64,000 nucleotides of DNA from Planctomycetota bacterium (GTDB lineage: Bacteria; Planctomycetota; UBA1135; GCA-002748355): positions 110,262 through 174,261 of the forward strand of contig PDSF01000029.1 of assembly GCA_002748355.1 (NCBI GenBank), in the 5' to 3' direction. The translations under genes were made by a program, and so were the position numbers. Shown here in pieces: positions 35,601 through 44,771 of this stretch. Every line of letters begins with the position of its first letter. Within the stretch, counting starts at the first letter, position 1. The notes beneath the pieces are model-generated. The model did no database searches. It was not told the DNA's origin and saw only the letters and a program-made list of their open reading frames with translations.

Positions 35601-38279
35601 TTGCGCAGCTCTTGCCACCTATTGTTATTCGCGGCCTCCTTGGCCAGCCCCGCCTTCGCCCAGGGCGCCAGTCCCACCGAGGCATGGAATCGCTTTCTCG
35701 CCGAGCATGGCCCCCGCTGGACCGCGGAGTGGAGCCCGGCAACTGGCACCCCCAAGGCGATCTACGGCCAGGGCTTCCAGCTCAAGGCCGGCCGCATCGA
35801 GAGCATTGAGGAGGCAAGGGTCTATGCCCGGCAAACCCTGAACCGCTACTCAGATCTCCTCGGCCAGGGGGCTTCGGTCTTCGAAGAGCAGCTCGCCAAC
35901 AAGACCCACCGTCTCTACAGCTTCGTCTATCGCCAAAGCTTCCGCGGCCTCGAGGTCATCGGCGGGCGGGCTGACCTGCGCATCCACGAGAACGGCGGAC
36001 TCTCGCTCCTCGGCTCCGAAGCCTTCCCGGTACCCGATAGCTTCTCGATCGAGCCCAGCATCCCGCAGAGCCAAGCTCGGCTGACAGCAGAGCAGATCCA
36101 CGATCTGCCGCAGGCAAAGCCCGGCAACAAGGATCGCCTCGTGATCTGGGCCGACTGGCAAGCCAAGCAGGCGAGCCCGATTCGCCTGGCCTGGGAGATC
36201 GACATCGACCACAGGGACTCCGAAACCGTCGGCAAGAGCTATATCGATGCGCTCACCGGCGATGAGCTCAGCTACCGCAACGACTGGCACGAGTGCGGCT
36301 TCTGCCTCTGTCAGGCATCACCTGTGCTAGAGGCATCGCTGGCCGGCCCTAGGGCCCCACTGCCTGCGCAGCTGATCCTCGGCAACCCCTTCCAGGGCCC
36401 ACAGGCTGCCACCGTTACCGGCAAGGTCATGGCATGGGTCAACACCGGCAATCGCGCTATCGACGCGCCTAAGAACGTACCGCTGCGCAACGTTCTCGTT
36501 CGCGTCCAGGGTGGCGGCCAAGCGTATACCGATGCCTCCGGCAACTTTTCGATCTCCCACAGCGGCAGCAGTGCCGTCCCAGTCATCGTGGAGTTCAAGG
36601 GCCGGCGTATCGCCGTGGTTACCACCGCGCAGGGCAGCAATCTCTATTCGAAGGTCACGCTTACGCCAGGCACACCGACGACGATCCAGATTTACACCCA
36701 GCAGGTCGCAGAGTTTGATCTCGCCCAGGCGAACATCTATTGGGGCGTCGATGACATCAATGAGTGGATGCGCAGCAAAATCGGCCAGCTACCGAGCGCA
36801 ACGGACCGTATCACCGGGCGGGCGAACCTGACCAGAACCTGCAACGCGTATTACACCCGTAACACGATCAACTTCTTCAACGCCGGTTCCACCTGTAACA
36901 ACACCGCATTCTCAAGCGTGATTTATCACGAGTGGGGGCACGGACTCGACGACCGTTACGGTGGCATTTCGCAGACCGACGGTCTCTCTGAGGGATGGGC
37001 CGACATCATCGCCCAATATCGAACAGACAACCCCATCCTCGGAGAGTATTTCCGCAAGAATGGGGGCTATGTACGCACGGCGCTCAATACTCTGACTTAT
37101 CCTGCCGGAGGATCGGTCCACAAGCAGGGCAGCACTTGGATGGGATTTGCCTGGGACCTGCGAAAAAATCTGATCGCAACATACGGCAAGGCGAAGGGGA
37201 CGCAGATCGCCGAGAAGATCGTGCTCACGACTATCGCCAGCAATGCCCGCAACCAACCCAGCGCGGTGCGAGAAGTCTTCCTCGCCGATGACGATGACAG
37301 CAATCTCAACAACGGCACGCCGAACTACAAGGACCTCGAAAAGGCGGCACGAAAACGCCGACTTCCGTATCCGGTGAAGCTCAGCCAAAACCCTGGCACC
37401 TGGCAGGCTTTCGGAGCCGGCTGCCTCGGCACCGGCCAGCAATCTGGCACCTGCGTCCGCGTCAACGACACGGCAAGAAACCGTGGGCTACGCTCGCGTT
37501 CCAACCTGACCTACGCCCTGCGGATCAAAGCTCCAAAGCCGCTCGCGCTGAAGGGCTTCGAACTGAACACGAGTTCACGCAGTTCCGGCACGGTCACGCG
37601 AAACATCGCGGTATATTCCGCCGATGCCGCTGGTCGCCCGAATCAGATCCTCGGCACCGGGACCATGCAAATCGGCAGAACCCTGGGCTGGTACCAAGCC
37701 AAGCTGAAGTCTCCGGTACTGATCAAACAGAACCAGACCTTCTTCATCGCCTTCATCAATCAAAGCACGCCGATCCTCTGCTCGATTATGACCAGCGGCA
37801 CCAGGGTCGCCTACTTCCGTAATGACGGCCCCAACAGCTCGTGGAACGGCCCACGCACGATGTATCCGTGGGCGTATCGCCTCAAGTGCAGCACGGCGAG
37901 CAAGGTGGCCCCAACCTTGACGAATAAGGGCGTCCCTGAACTTGGCAAGAGTTTCGACCTCGAACTCGGACTCGCCTCCGCCAATGCCCCGGCAGTCCTC
38001 TTCTTGGGTAGCTCCAACAAGTATCTCGGCAGCCTAAAGCTCCCCTTCGACCTAAGCTCAGCCGGCATGAGCGGCTGCAAGCTCTACACCTCGACCGATA
38101 TCCTCCTCCCCCTGAACGCGAACGCCTCAGGCACAGCTTCGATCAACATCAAGATCCCGAGCTGGCCCGGCCTCGAAAACAACCTGTTCTATAGCCAGGT
38201 CCTCGTCCTGGACTCAAAGGCCAATGCACGTGGCCTCGTCCTGACCAACGCGGGCAGCTCAAAGATCGGCAAGGAGTAG
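35601..38279 (+). CDS. secreted zinc metalloprotease, fungalysin (M36)/thermolysin-clan-like, with a long C-terminal extension
   Basis: 892-aa ORF with a TTG start and signal peptide LLLFAASLASPAFAQG. HEXXH site SSVIYHEWGHGLDD, followed by LSEGWADIIA (the M36-like GEGWSD position). The last ~330 aa have no recognised domain. Confidence 0.7.
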   Translation: MRSSCHLLLFAASLASPAFAQGASPTEAWNRFLAEHGPRWTAEWSPATGTPKAIYGQGFQLKAGRIESIEEARVYARQTLNRYSDLLGQGASVFEEQLANKTHRLYSFVYRQSFRGLEVIGGRADLRIHENGGLSLLGSEAFPVPDSFSIEPSIPQSQARLTAEQIHDLPQAKPGNKDRLVIWADWQAKQASPIRLAWEIDIDHRDSETVGKSYIDALTGDELSYRNDWHECGFCLCQASPVLEASLAGPRAPLPAQLILGNPFQGPQAATVTGKVMAWVNTGNRAIDAPKNVPLRNVLVRVQGGGQAYTDASGNFSISHSGSSAVPVIVEFKGRRIAVVTTAQGSNLYSKVTLTPGTPTTIQIYTQQVAEFDLAQANIYWGVDDINEWMRSKIGQLPSATDRITGRANLTRTCNAYYTRNTINFFNAGSTCNNTAFSSVIYHEWGHGLDDRYGGISQTDGLSEGWADIIAQYRTDNPILGEYFRKNGGYVRTALNTLTYPAGGSVHKQGSTWMGFAWDLRKNLIATYGKAKGTQIAEKIVLTTIASNARNQPSAVREVFLADDDDSNLNNGTPNYKDLEKAARKRRLPYPVKLSQNPGTWQAFGAGCLGTGQQSGTCVRVNDTARNRGLRSRSNLTYALRIKAPKPLALKGFELNTSSRSSGTVTRNIAVYSADAAGRPNQILGTGTMQIGRTLGWYQAKLKSPVLIKQNQTFFIAFINQSTPILCSIMTSGTRVAYFRNDGPNSSWNGPRTMYPWAYRLKCSTASKVAPTLTNKGVPELGKSFDLELGLASANAPAVLFLGSSNKYLGSLKLPFDLSSAGMSGCKLYTSTDILLPLNANASGTASINIKIPSWPGLENNLFYSQVLVLDSKANARGLVLTNAGSSKIGKE

Positions 38280-38340
38280 CCAGGCCGATCTTGAATAAGG
38301 CCGAGCAGGAGAAGAGGGCCCTGAGCGCTTACACCCAGCC

Positions 38341-39555
38341 GTGAACTCCTACGCCTCTCTCCTGCTCAGCCGCCTGCTCGGCCTCGCGGCCAGCGCCGGA
38401 GCCCTGGCCCTTGCCGGCCGCTGCCTGGGTGACGCCGAACTCGTCCGCTTTCTGGTGGCGCTGGCACTGCTGCACATCAGCACCCAGGCCGCAAGCCTAG
38501 GCTTCCCAAGCATGGCGCTAGCCGAACAGGCACGTGGCCGCCCCGCAGCCCTAGTCTTGGCCCAACTCGCCCCCCGTATCCGGCGGCGATGGCTGCTGGC
38601 AGCAGGAGCTTTCGCCACGGCGCTCTTCCTGCTCGAGGGCACAGCGGCACCAGGACTCTTCCTCCTGGTCCCCCTCCACGCCCTGCTCCAGCTTCAACTC
38701 GCCGCAAGCCCCAGCCTCGTCCACGGCCGTGGACGCCCGCTGGCCTGGGCCGAAATCTCTGCCCGCCTGCTTAGCCTTGGCCTCGCTGGGAGCCTCTACC
38801 TGGCAGGACACGGGGGCAGCGGCCTTTGGGCGTTCAGCTTTGCAGTCGGAAGCCTCTTGCCGCCGCTTTTCCTCGCCGCGCAAATGCCCAGGGAGCTACG
38901 CAGGGCGCTCTATCGCCGCTCCAACCCGCCGACACCACTCCTGCGCCCGGCAGCCCTGCGCGAACTCGTCCTAGGCGAAGCCGCCCGCTCCCTTTACCTA
39001 CAAGGCCCCCACCTCCTCCTCCGGGGGCTGCGGGAGCCGAGCTACCCGGCGCTCGGGAGCGCCTTGCGACTCACCAGCATCAGCTATATGGCCCCAAACG
39101 TGGTCTCCACCCTGATCCTTGGGCCACTGGGCCGCTTGCCGCGACGGCAAGCTCAGAGCCAAGTGCTGCGCCTGCTGCCGCTGCTCGCCCTGCTCGGGGT
39201 AGCAGGCGCCCTGGTACTGAGCCTCGGCGCAGAGAGCTGGATCGCCCTGTTCTTCCCCAACTTGGAGCAGGCCGCCGAGACCAGCGCCGCGCTGGCCTGG
39301 CTCGCCTGGACCCTACCCGCGGTATGCCTCTCCAGCCTGCTGCTGCCCTACCTCCTAGCCCAGCAGTGCGAGGCGCGAGTGCGAAGCATCTCCTTGCTCG
39401 GACTGGGCGTATTGGGAGTCCTGCTGGCCCTGCTCGGTACCGCTGCCCCGGCCACGGCCCAGGCGCTGCTGGCCTGCGAACTCAGCGTCGCACTGGGCGC
39501 CCTGCTCAGTTTTTTGCAGGAGAGAGCTGGCGAAGCCGCCCCTGTAGGCCAATGA
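38341..39555 (+). CDS. polytopic membrane protein, polysaccharide flippase (Wzx/MOP)-like
   Basis: 404-aa ORF with a GTG start. It is highly hydrophobic throughout and sits immediately upstream of three GT4 genes. The family assignment rests on context and topology only. Confidence 0.45.
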   Translation: MNSYASLLLSRLLGLAASAGALALAGRCLGDAELVRFLVALALLHISTQAASLGFPSMALAEQARGRPAALVLAQLAPRIRRRWLLAAGAFATALFLLEGTAAPGLFLLVPLHALLQLQLAASPSLVHGRGRPLAWAEISARLLSLGLAGSLYLAGHGGSGLWAFSFAVGSLLPPLFLAAQMPRELRRALYRRSNPPTPLLRPAALRELVLGEAARSLYLQGPHLLLRGLREPSYPALGSALRLTSISYMAPNVVSTLILGPLGRLPRRQAQSQVLRLLPLLALLGVAGALVLSLGAESWIALFFPNLEQAAETSAALAWLAWTLPAVCLSSLLLPYLLAQQCEARVRSISLLGLGVLGVLLALLGTAAPATAQALLACELSVALGALLSFLQERAGEAAPVGQ

Positions 39556-39592
39556 AGAACTCAGCTATCGGGTCGAAATCCCGCGGCCACCA

Positions 39593-40741
39593 GTGTCTGA
39601 TTCCCGCGTGCGAGTCGCCATCGACTACCGCCCGGCACTCTTCTCCCGAAGCGGCATCTCCCGCAGCGTACGCGAGCTGGTCCGGGCCCTCTCCCAATGC
39701 AGCCAGGACAGCGAGCTGGTGCTCTTCGCCCACGCATGGAAGCGAGCCCTCGACCCAAACTGGCGCGAAGGGCTGGCCGAGACCGTCCATGTCGCCCGCA
39801 GTCGGCTACCGGGCCGGGTCCAACCCTGGCTGGCGCGCCTAGGCCTCGATGCCCGCCGACTGGCCAAAGGCGCCGACATCTTCCACATCACCGACTTTGT
39901 GCAGCCGCCCCTAGGGCGAAGCGCGCGGGTGGTCATGACCGTGCACGACCTCGCCTTCCACGCCGACCCGCGCTTTCACGGGGCCAGCCAAAGCCTGCGC
40001 CTCGCTCGCCGCCTCGAGCGGCTCCTTCGCCACGACCCGCTGCTGGTCTTCCCGAGCAGGGCTAGCCGCGACGCCTTCGTCGCCCAATACGGGACAAAGC
40101 AGCGCCTGCAGGTCATCCCCTTCGGCAGCGACCACGCACGGCGCCAGGGCACCGATCCCGAGCGCGGCCGCCGCCTGGCCCAGCGCCTCCTCGGCAGTGA
40201 GGAGCCCTTCGTGCTTTGCCTGGGAACCATCGAGCCGCGAAAGAACCATGATGTGCTCCTGCATGCGCACGAGACCCTGGCCGAGCGCGGCAGGCCGCTG
40301 CCCCTCCTCGTGGTCGGCGCTCCGGGCTGGGAATGCGATGCGGTGCAGCATCGCCTTGCCCGGGGGCAGGAACGCTTCCCCCTCCACTGGGCCAGCACCC
40401 TCGAGGACGCGGACTGCTTCGACCTGCTCGCAGCCGCCCGAGTCCTCGCCTACCCCTCAAGCCTCGAAGGTTTTGGCTTCCCCCCCCTGGAAGGCCTCGA
40501 ACTCGGCACCCCCTGCGTCGTCGGCGACTGCCCCGCCCTCAGAGAACAGCTGGGCGAAGCCGCCTGCTTCGTGCCCCCCCGGGACCATGAGTCCCTCGCG
40601 GAGCAGCTCCTCCGCTGCTACTCGCGGGAGGAGCTGCGCCGTGAGCAGCTCGCCGCCTGGGAGGCTCGGCACAAGCAGCGCAGCTGGCAGCGCTGCGCAG
40701 AGAGATACCTCGAAGCCTACCGCGAAGCCGCAAGCGACTGA
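39593..40741 (+). CDS. glycosyltransferase family 4
   Basis: 382-aa ORF with the GT4 C-terminal EX7E region YPSSLEGFGFPPLEGLELGTPCVVGD. Confidence 0.8.
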   Translation: MSDSRVRVAIDYRPALFSRSGISRSVRELVRALSQCSQDSELVLFAHAWKRALDPNWREGLAETVHVARSRLPGRVQPWLARLGLDARRLAKGADIFHITDFVQPPLGRSARVVMTVHDLAFHADPRFHGASQSLRLARRLERLLRHDPLLVFPSRASRDAFVAQYGTKQRLQVIPFGSDHARRQGTDPERGRRLAQRLLGSEEPFVLCLGTIEPRKNHDVLLHAHETLAERGRPLPLLVVGAPGWECDAVQHRLARGQERFPLHWASTLEDADCFDLLAAARVLAYPSSLEGFGFPPLEGLELGTPCVVGDCPALREQLGEAACFVPPRDHESLAEQLLRCYSREELRREQLAAWEARHKQRSWQRCAERYLEAYREAASD

Positions 40742-40788
40742 TTGCAGCTTCGCATTCCCAGCCGAGCCTCCGCACAATAGCCAAAGCC

Positions 40789-41859
40789 ATGGACCCGATC
40801 GCCTTCGACGCCTCGTGCCTGGTGAACGAGCGATCGACGGGTGTCGAGCGCTCCTTTCTCATCACGCTCGAAGCATTCACCAAACTGCCAGACATGCCGC
40901 CGTGCGTGGTCTACCGCCCAGCTCAGAGTCGAACGGAACTCCCTCCGGGCGTGGAGATCCGAGAGATCCCTCGGCTACCGCTCAGCCTATGGCGTTCGAC
41001 CCTCCTCCCGCGTGCCTTGCACGAAGAAAACGCCGCCGCCCTCCTGAGCCCGACCACGGCGCTACCGCGCCTGGCCCCATGCCCGCGCATCGCCACAGTG
41101 CACGAACTTCCCGGGGGCTATGCCGGGGCCCGCGAGCACGCCTTCGAGGAACTCCGCCACGAGCGAGCCATCGACGGGCTGCCACAGCGCGCCGACCGGG
41201 TCCTGGTGCCGTCCGAACACACGCGAAGGGATCTGCTACGGCGCAGCCCCGTCCTCGCCCCCCGCACCCGAGTGCAGCCGCAACCCCTGCATCCCTATTT
41301 TCTGGAGCCCTACCCGGCCGTGCCCTTCTCGGCGCGCCGCGGCCTGCTCTTCGTCGGTCAATCGCGACGGCGCAAAAACCTACCCCGCATCCTCCACGCA
41401 TGGGAACAGCTCCCTGAAGCCCTGCGCCTGGAGCATCCTCTCTTCTGGGTCGGGGGAGCCATCGACGCCGGGGGGCAGAAAGGACTAGCGAGCGGCATCG
41501 AACTCTTACCCGAACTCGATCAGACAGAGATCGTCCACCGCATGTCCCTGGTTCGAGGCCTGCTCCTGCCCTCACTGAGCGAAGGCTTCGGCATCCCCGC
41601 TCTTGAGGCACTCGCCGTCGGCACCCCGGTTCTCGGCTCCAAGGGCAGTGTCACCGAAGAACTGTGTGGCGAACTCAGCACCCTCGTCGACCCCTATGAC
41701 GTGCACGCCATCCTCATTGCCATGGAGGAGCTACTGCGCAGCCCGGCGGCATGGGAGCGCAGTTCGGCCTCCGGCCCCGAGCTGGCAGCCAAATACACCC
41801 CCGCCCTCAGCGCCGAGCACTGGCGCTCGGTGCTAGAAGAGCTGGGGGTCATGGGATGA
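40789..41859 (+). CDS. glycosyltransferase family 4
   Basis: 356-aa ORF with LPSLSEGFGIPALEALAVGTPVLGS. Confidence 0.8.
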   Translation: MDPIAFDASCLVNERSTGVERSFLITLEAFTKLPDMPPCVVYRPAQSRTELPPGVEIREIPRLPLSLWRSTLLPRALHEENAAALLSPTTALPRLAPCPRIATVHELPGGYAGAREHAFEELRHERAIDGLPQRADRVLVPSEHTRRDLLRRSPVLAPRTRVQPQPLHPYFLEPYPAVPFSARRGLLFVGQSRRRKNLPRILHAWEQLPEALRLEHPLFWVGGAIDAGGQKGLASGIELLPELDQTEIVHRMSLVRGLLLPSLSEGFGIPALEALAVGTPVLGSKGSVTEELCGELSTLVDPYDVHAILIAMEELLRSPAAWERSSASGPELAAKYTPALSAEHWRSVLEELGVMG

Positions 41860-42983
41860 CGGGGCTCAAGGTTGGGATCGCCTGCTGGCTCCCGCTCGCA
41901 CCACACTCAGGCGCCAAGACCCGGCTCTTCGGTTTCCTGCGCGGGCTGGCCCGTATCAGCGAAGCACAAGGTCATGAGTGGATCCTCCTCGGAAACTCCC
42001 GCTCTCCCGGATTTGCCCAGCTACACCAGCTCGTCGCCCAGATCCCCGGAGGCCAACTCTTCAGCGTCGCCATCCCCGAGTCTGGTCGCCAACGCGCGCT
42101 AGCCGAGAGGAGAATCCTCCCAAAGGTCTGCGAGGAGCTGCAACTCGACGTTCTCGACCTGCAAAGTCTCCCTGTCCCCCATCTCACCCAAACGAAGATC
42201 CTCACCACCATCCACGACATTCGTGACCGAGGGGAGTGGCGACGCAGCCGTATCCACAAGCTCCTCGCCAAGCCCCTGCTGGCTCAGGCGCTGAAGCTCA
42301 GCGCCCGGATGATCGTGCCGAGTCCCCAGGTTCGCCAAGAGCTCAAAGAGCTGCTGGGGGAGGACAGCGAGAAGCTGCAGGTGGTGCCTGCCGGCCTAGA
42401 TCGACAAGAGCTGCAGGAAGAAACGCGGAAAGGGCCACAGATGCGCTTCTTCCTCAACATCGGCCGAGACGAAGCCCGTAAGCGCCTGGAGTTCTTGCTA
42501 CGCGCCTACGCCTGGGCACTGGAGCGTAACCCCAAGCTGGAGATGCTGGCCCAAGTCGGCGCCAGCCGACGCCAGCGCCTCGACCGACTCTGTCGCCAGC
42601 TCGGCATCGAGCAGCGTATCGTCTGGATGGGCGAGCTCGACAATGCCTCACTACACCGGGTTCTGGATGACTCACTCGCCATGATCTTTCCCTCGGCGCT
42701 GGAGGGCTTTGGCCTACCGGTGCTCGAAGCGATGACGCACGGGCGTCCAAGCGTGGTCGCCAAAGGGGGCCCGCCCGCCTGGCTCGTCGGCGAAGGCGGC
42801 CTCCAGCTCGACGGGGACTCCATCGAAGCCTTTGGCAACGCCATGCTCCGCCTATCTGCCGAACCCGAGTTCTGCACTTCGCTCGGGGCTCTCGCCTATG
42901 AACGCGCTGCAGAATTTAGCATCGAACGCTGCACCCGCCTTTGGCTCAGGCAGATCGAAGCAGCGGCGTCGTCGCAGGTCTGA
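41856..42983 (+). CDS. glycosyltransferase family 4
   Basis: I chose the start at ATG 41856 (MTGLKVGIACW), which forms an ATGA overlap with the previous GT. Contains FPSALEGFGLPVLEAMTHGRPSVV. The track start at 41751 lies inside the previous gene. Confidence 0.8.
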   Translation: MTGLKVGIACWLPLAPHSGAKTRLFGFLRGLARISEAQGHEWILLGNSRSPGFAQLHQLVAQIPGGQLFSVAIPESGRQRALAERRILPKVCEELQLDVLDLQSLPVPHLTQTKILTTIHDIRDRGEWRRSRIHKLLAKPLLAQALKLSARMIVPSPQVRQELKELLGEDSEKLQVVPAGLDRQELQEETRKGPQMRFFLNIGRDEARKRLEFLLRAYAWALERNPKLEMLAQVGASRRQRLDRLCRQLGIEQRIVWMGELDNASLHRVLDDSLAMIFPSALEGFGLPVLEAMTHGRPSVVAKGGPPAWLVGEGGLQLDGDSIEAFGNAMLRLSAEPEFCTSLGALAYERAAEFSIERCTRLWLRQIEAAASSQV

Positions 42984-43056
42984 GGAGGAAACTCTCATGA
43001 CTCAGGACGACGCCGCTGCCTAGCCCGGATCCCTCGTCGAGATCACTGAGCCTGAA

Positions 43057-43554
43057 TCACTGATCTCCCAGGCGCTTCCCCTTGCGGACGCGCTCGATCT
43101 CCGTGCGAGAGGTCGCATAGGTCAGGAGCCCTAGGCCAATCGCCAGCAGGAAAGAGCCGGGAATAAACAGCACATCCTCAGCCACGATCCAGGCAGAGGC
43201 GCAGAAGGCGCCCCCCAAAAGAAAGATGATGAGCCCAGAGAGAAGGTAGCCGTCGCCGGATTTGCCCTTCCTGCTGCCGCCCTCTAGCTCCTGCGCCGCA
43301 CCCTCCATCGAAACAAATCGCTGCGGCTCAGCGGCATCCTCGTTCTCGACGCGGTATCTCATCGCATGTGGGTCATGGAGCTTGCCACTCAGGATGCGCT
43401 CGACGGCGGCCGGGTCCTGGTAGCGTTGAACGAGTTCGTGCTTCAGCTTTGCCTCGATCTTCGCAACCTTCGTAATCCGCTCGTTCTCGATCGCGGTCAC
43501 GATGATTCGGTACGCGAAGTACCCTAGGGCAGTCCAAAAAAAGTATGTCCACAC
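43057..43554 (-). CDS. hypothetical membrane protein
   Basis: 165-aa ORF with an N-terminal TM (YFFWTALGYFAYRIIV), a charged helical linker and C-terminal TMs (LLSGLIIFLLGGAFCASAWIV, FLLAIGLGLLTY). Downstream of the FHA gene on the same strand. Confidence 0.5.
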   Translation of the reverse strand: MWTYFFWTALGYFAYRIIVTAIENERITKVAKIEAKLKHELVQRYQDPAAVERILSGKLHDPHAMRYRVENEDAAEPQRFVSMEGAAQELEGGSRKGKSGDGYLLSGLIIFLLGGAFCASAWIVAEDVLFIPGSFLLAIGLGLLTYATSRTEIERVRKGKRLGDQ

Positions 43555-43675
43555 GGTCCGTTCCTCCTCAGGCAGGCTCGAGAAGCTGCCCAGTGCGCGA
43601 CTCTGTCGCGGCTATTGCCAAGTTTCCTGCCTCGGACTCACAGCAACAAGACAACAAGAACGAGAGCGGCGCCTT

Positions 43676-44269
43676 TCAACTCGCAAGCTTGAAGGCCAAG
43701 TAGGCGAGGCCGGCGCCGATTCCCAGGACGAGGAGGAAGAACCCGACGCGCTGCAGAGGGCCGCGCTGCGCCAGATCATCGGCATAGAACCCTCCCCGCT
43801 TGGGCTGGCTGTAGCGCAGCACCCCCGAGGGCAAACGGTGCGGGTCATCCTTCCCCGATAGCGGCGTCACCACCGCCGAATCGAGGCTCGGGCCCTCCTT
43901 CGCAGCCACGCGCGCAGGCGCCACACGAGGTTCCACCAACGGAGCCGCAGCCACGCTGGGCGCCGGCGCCTCGATACGCACCCGCAACTCGATCGGCCCC
44001 AGGGCAAAGACCGCCCCATCCTCCAGCCGAACCTTCTGCACCCGCTGCCCCTTGAGCTTGGTCCCATTGGCCGAGCCCAGGTCCTCCAGAAAGAGTTCAT
44101 CTCCCTGGCGAACAAGCCGAGCGTGTCTGCGCGAAACGCCCTGGTCATGCAAGGTGAGATCACATTCAGCAAGCCGCCCGATGCTCAACTCGTCTACGAC
44201 AACAGCTTCCTCACCAGCGGAGTTACCGGTCAGCACATACAGATTCACCCGAGGTTTGGACGGAGTCAT
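43676..44269 (-). CDS. FHA-domain protein with a C-terminal transmembrane anchor
   Basis: I chose the start at ATG 44269 (MTPSKPRVNLYV...). FHA core SIGRLAECDLTLHDQGVSRRHARLVRQGDELFLEDLGSANGTKLKG. C-terminal TM FFLLVLGIGAGLAYLAF. Confidence 0.75.
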   Translation of the reverse strand: MTPSKPRVNLYVLTGNSAGEEAVVVDELSIGRLAECDLTLHDQGVSRRHARLVRQGDELFLEDLGSANGTKLKGQRVQKVRLEDGAVFALGPIELRVRIEAPAPSVAAAPLVEPRVAPARVAAKEGPSLDSAVVTPLSGKDDPHRLPSGVLRYSQPKRGGFYADDLAQRGPLQRVGFFLLVLGIGAGLAYLAFKLAS

Positions 44270-44771
44270 GCAAGGGCTCTCGAACGAAGATCGCAAAGCG
44301 GCACCAGACGCAAGCGCCAAAGCCAGCCTACCCCAAGCCGCCTCCTGAGCCTCCGGGCTTTCGCTGAGCGATCAAAGAAGCCGGCAGGGCGGGTTTCTTG
44401 GCCCGCTGGCCTTAGAAATAGCTGCTGTTGGCGGAACCGGGGTTTTCGAGGAAGAGACCGTCTCCCTGACGAAGCAGCCGGGCGTGTTTGCTTGAGACGG
44501 CCTGGTCGTGCAACGTGAGATTGCAATCGGGAAGCTGCCCGACGCGCAACGCGTCGGGGGCCGCGGCTTCCTCAGCGGCGGAGTTGCCGGTCGGCACATA
44601 CAGATTCACCTGAGCTTTGGACTCGGTCATGCAAGGGCTCTCGAACGACGATCGCGAAGAAGCGCCGGGCGCAGGTGCCGGGACCGACCCGACCCAAGCC
44701 GCAGTCTGGGTCTCTGGTCTTTCGCTGAGCTACCAGAGGAGCCGGCTGGGTGGGCTGCTTGGCCGTGGGCG
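44067..44771. repeat. diverged tandem segmental duplication, two ~345-nt copies with period 361 nt
   Basis: Copy A is 44067-44411 and copy B is 44428-44771, aligned by eye. A near-identical core surrounds the start codons (cacatacagattcacc ... tcatgcaagggctctcgaacga). Each copy holds the 5' ends of the FHA gene (minus) and the ABC ATPase gene (plus). Confidence 0.8.
44412..44630 (-). pseudogene. truncated FHA-domain paralog (72 aa) created by the tandem duplication
   Basis: MTESKAQVNLYVPTGNSAAEEAAAPDALRVGQLPDCNLTLHDQAVSSKHARLLRQGDGLFLENPGSANSSYF is collinear with residues 1-68 of the full FHA protein. It stops in the duplication junction and lacks the distal FHA strands and the TM tail. Confidence 0.5.
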
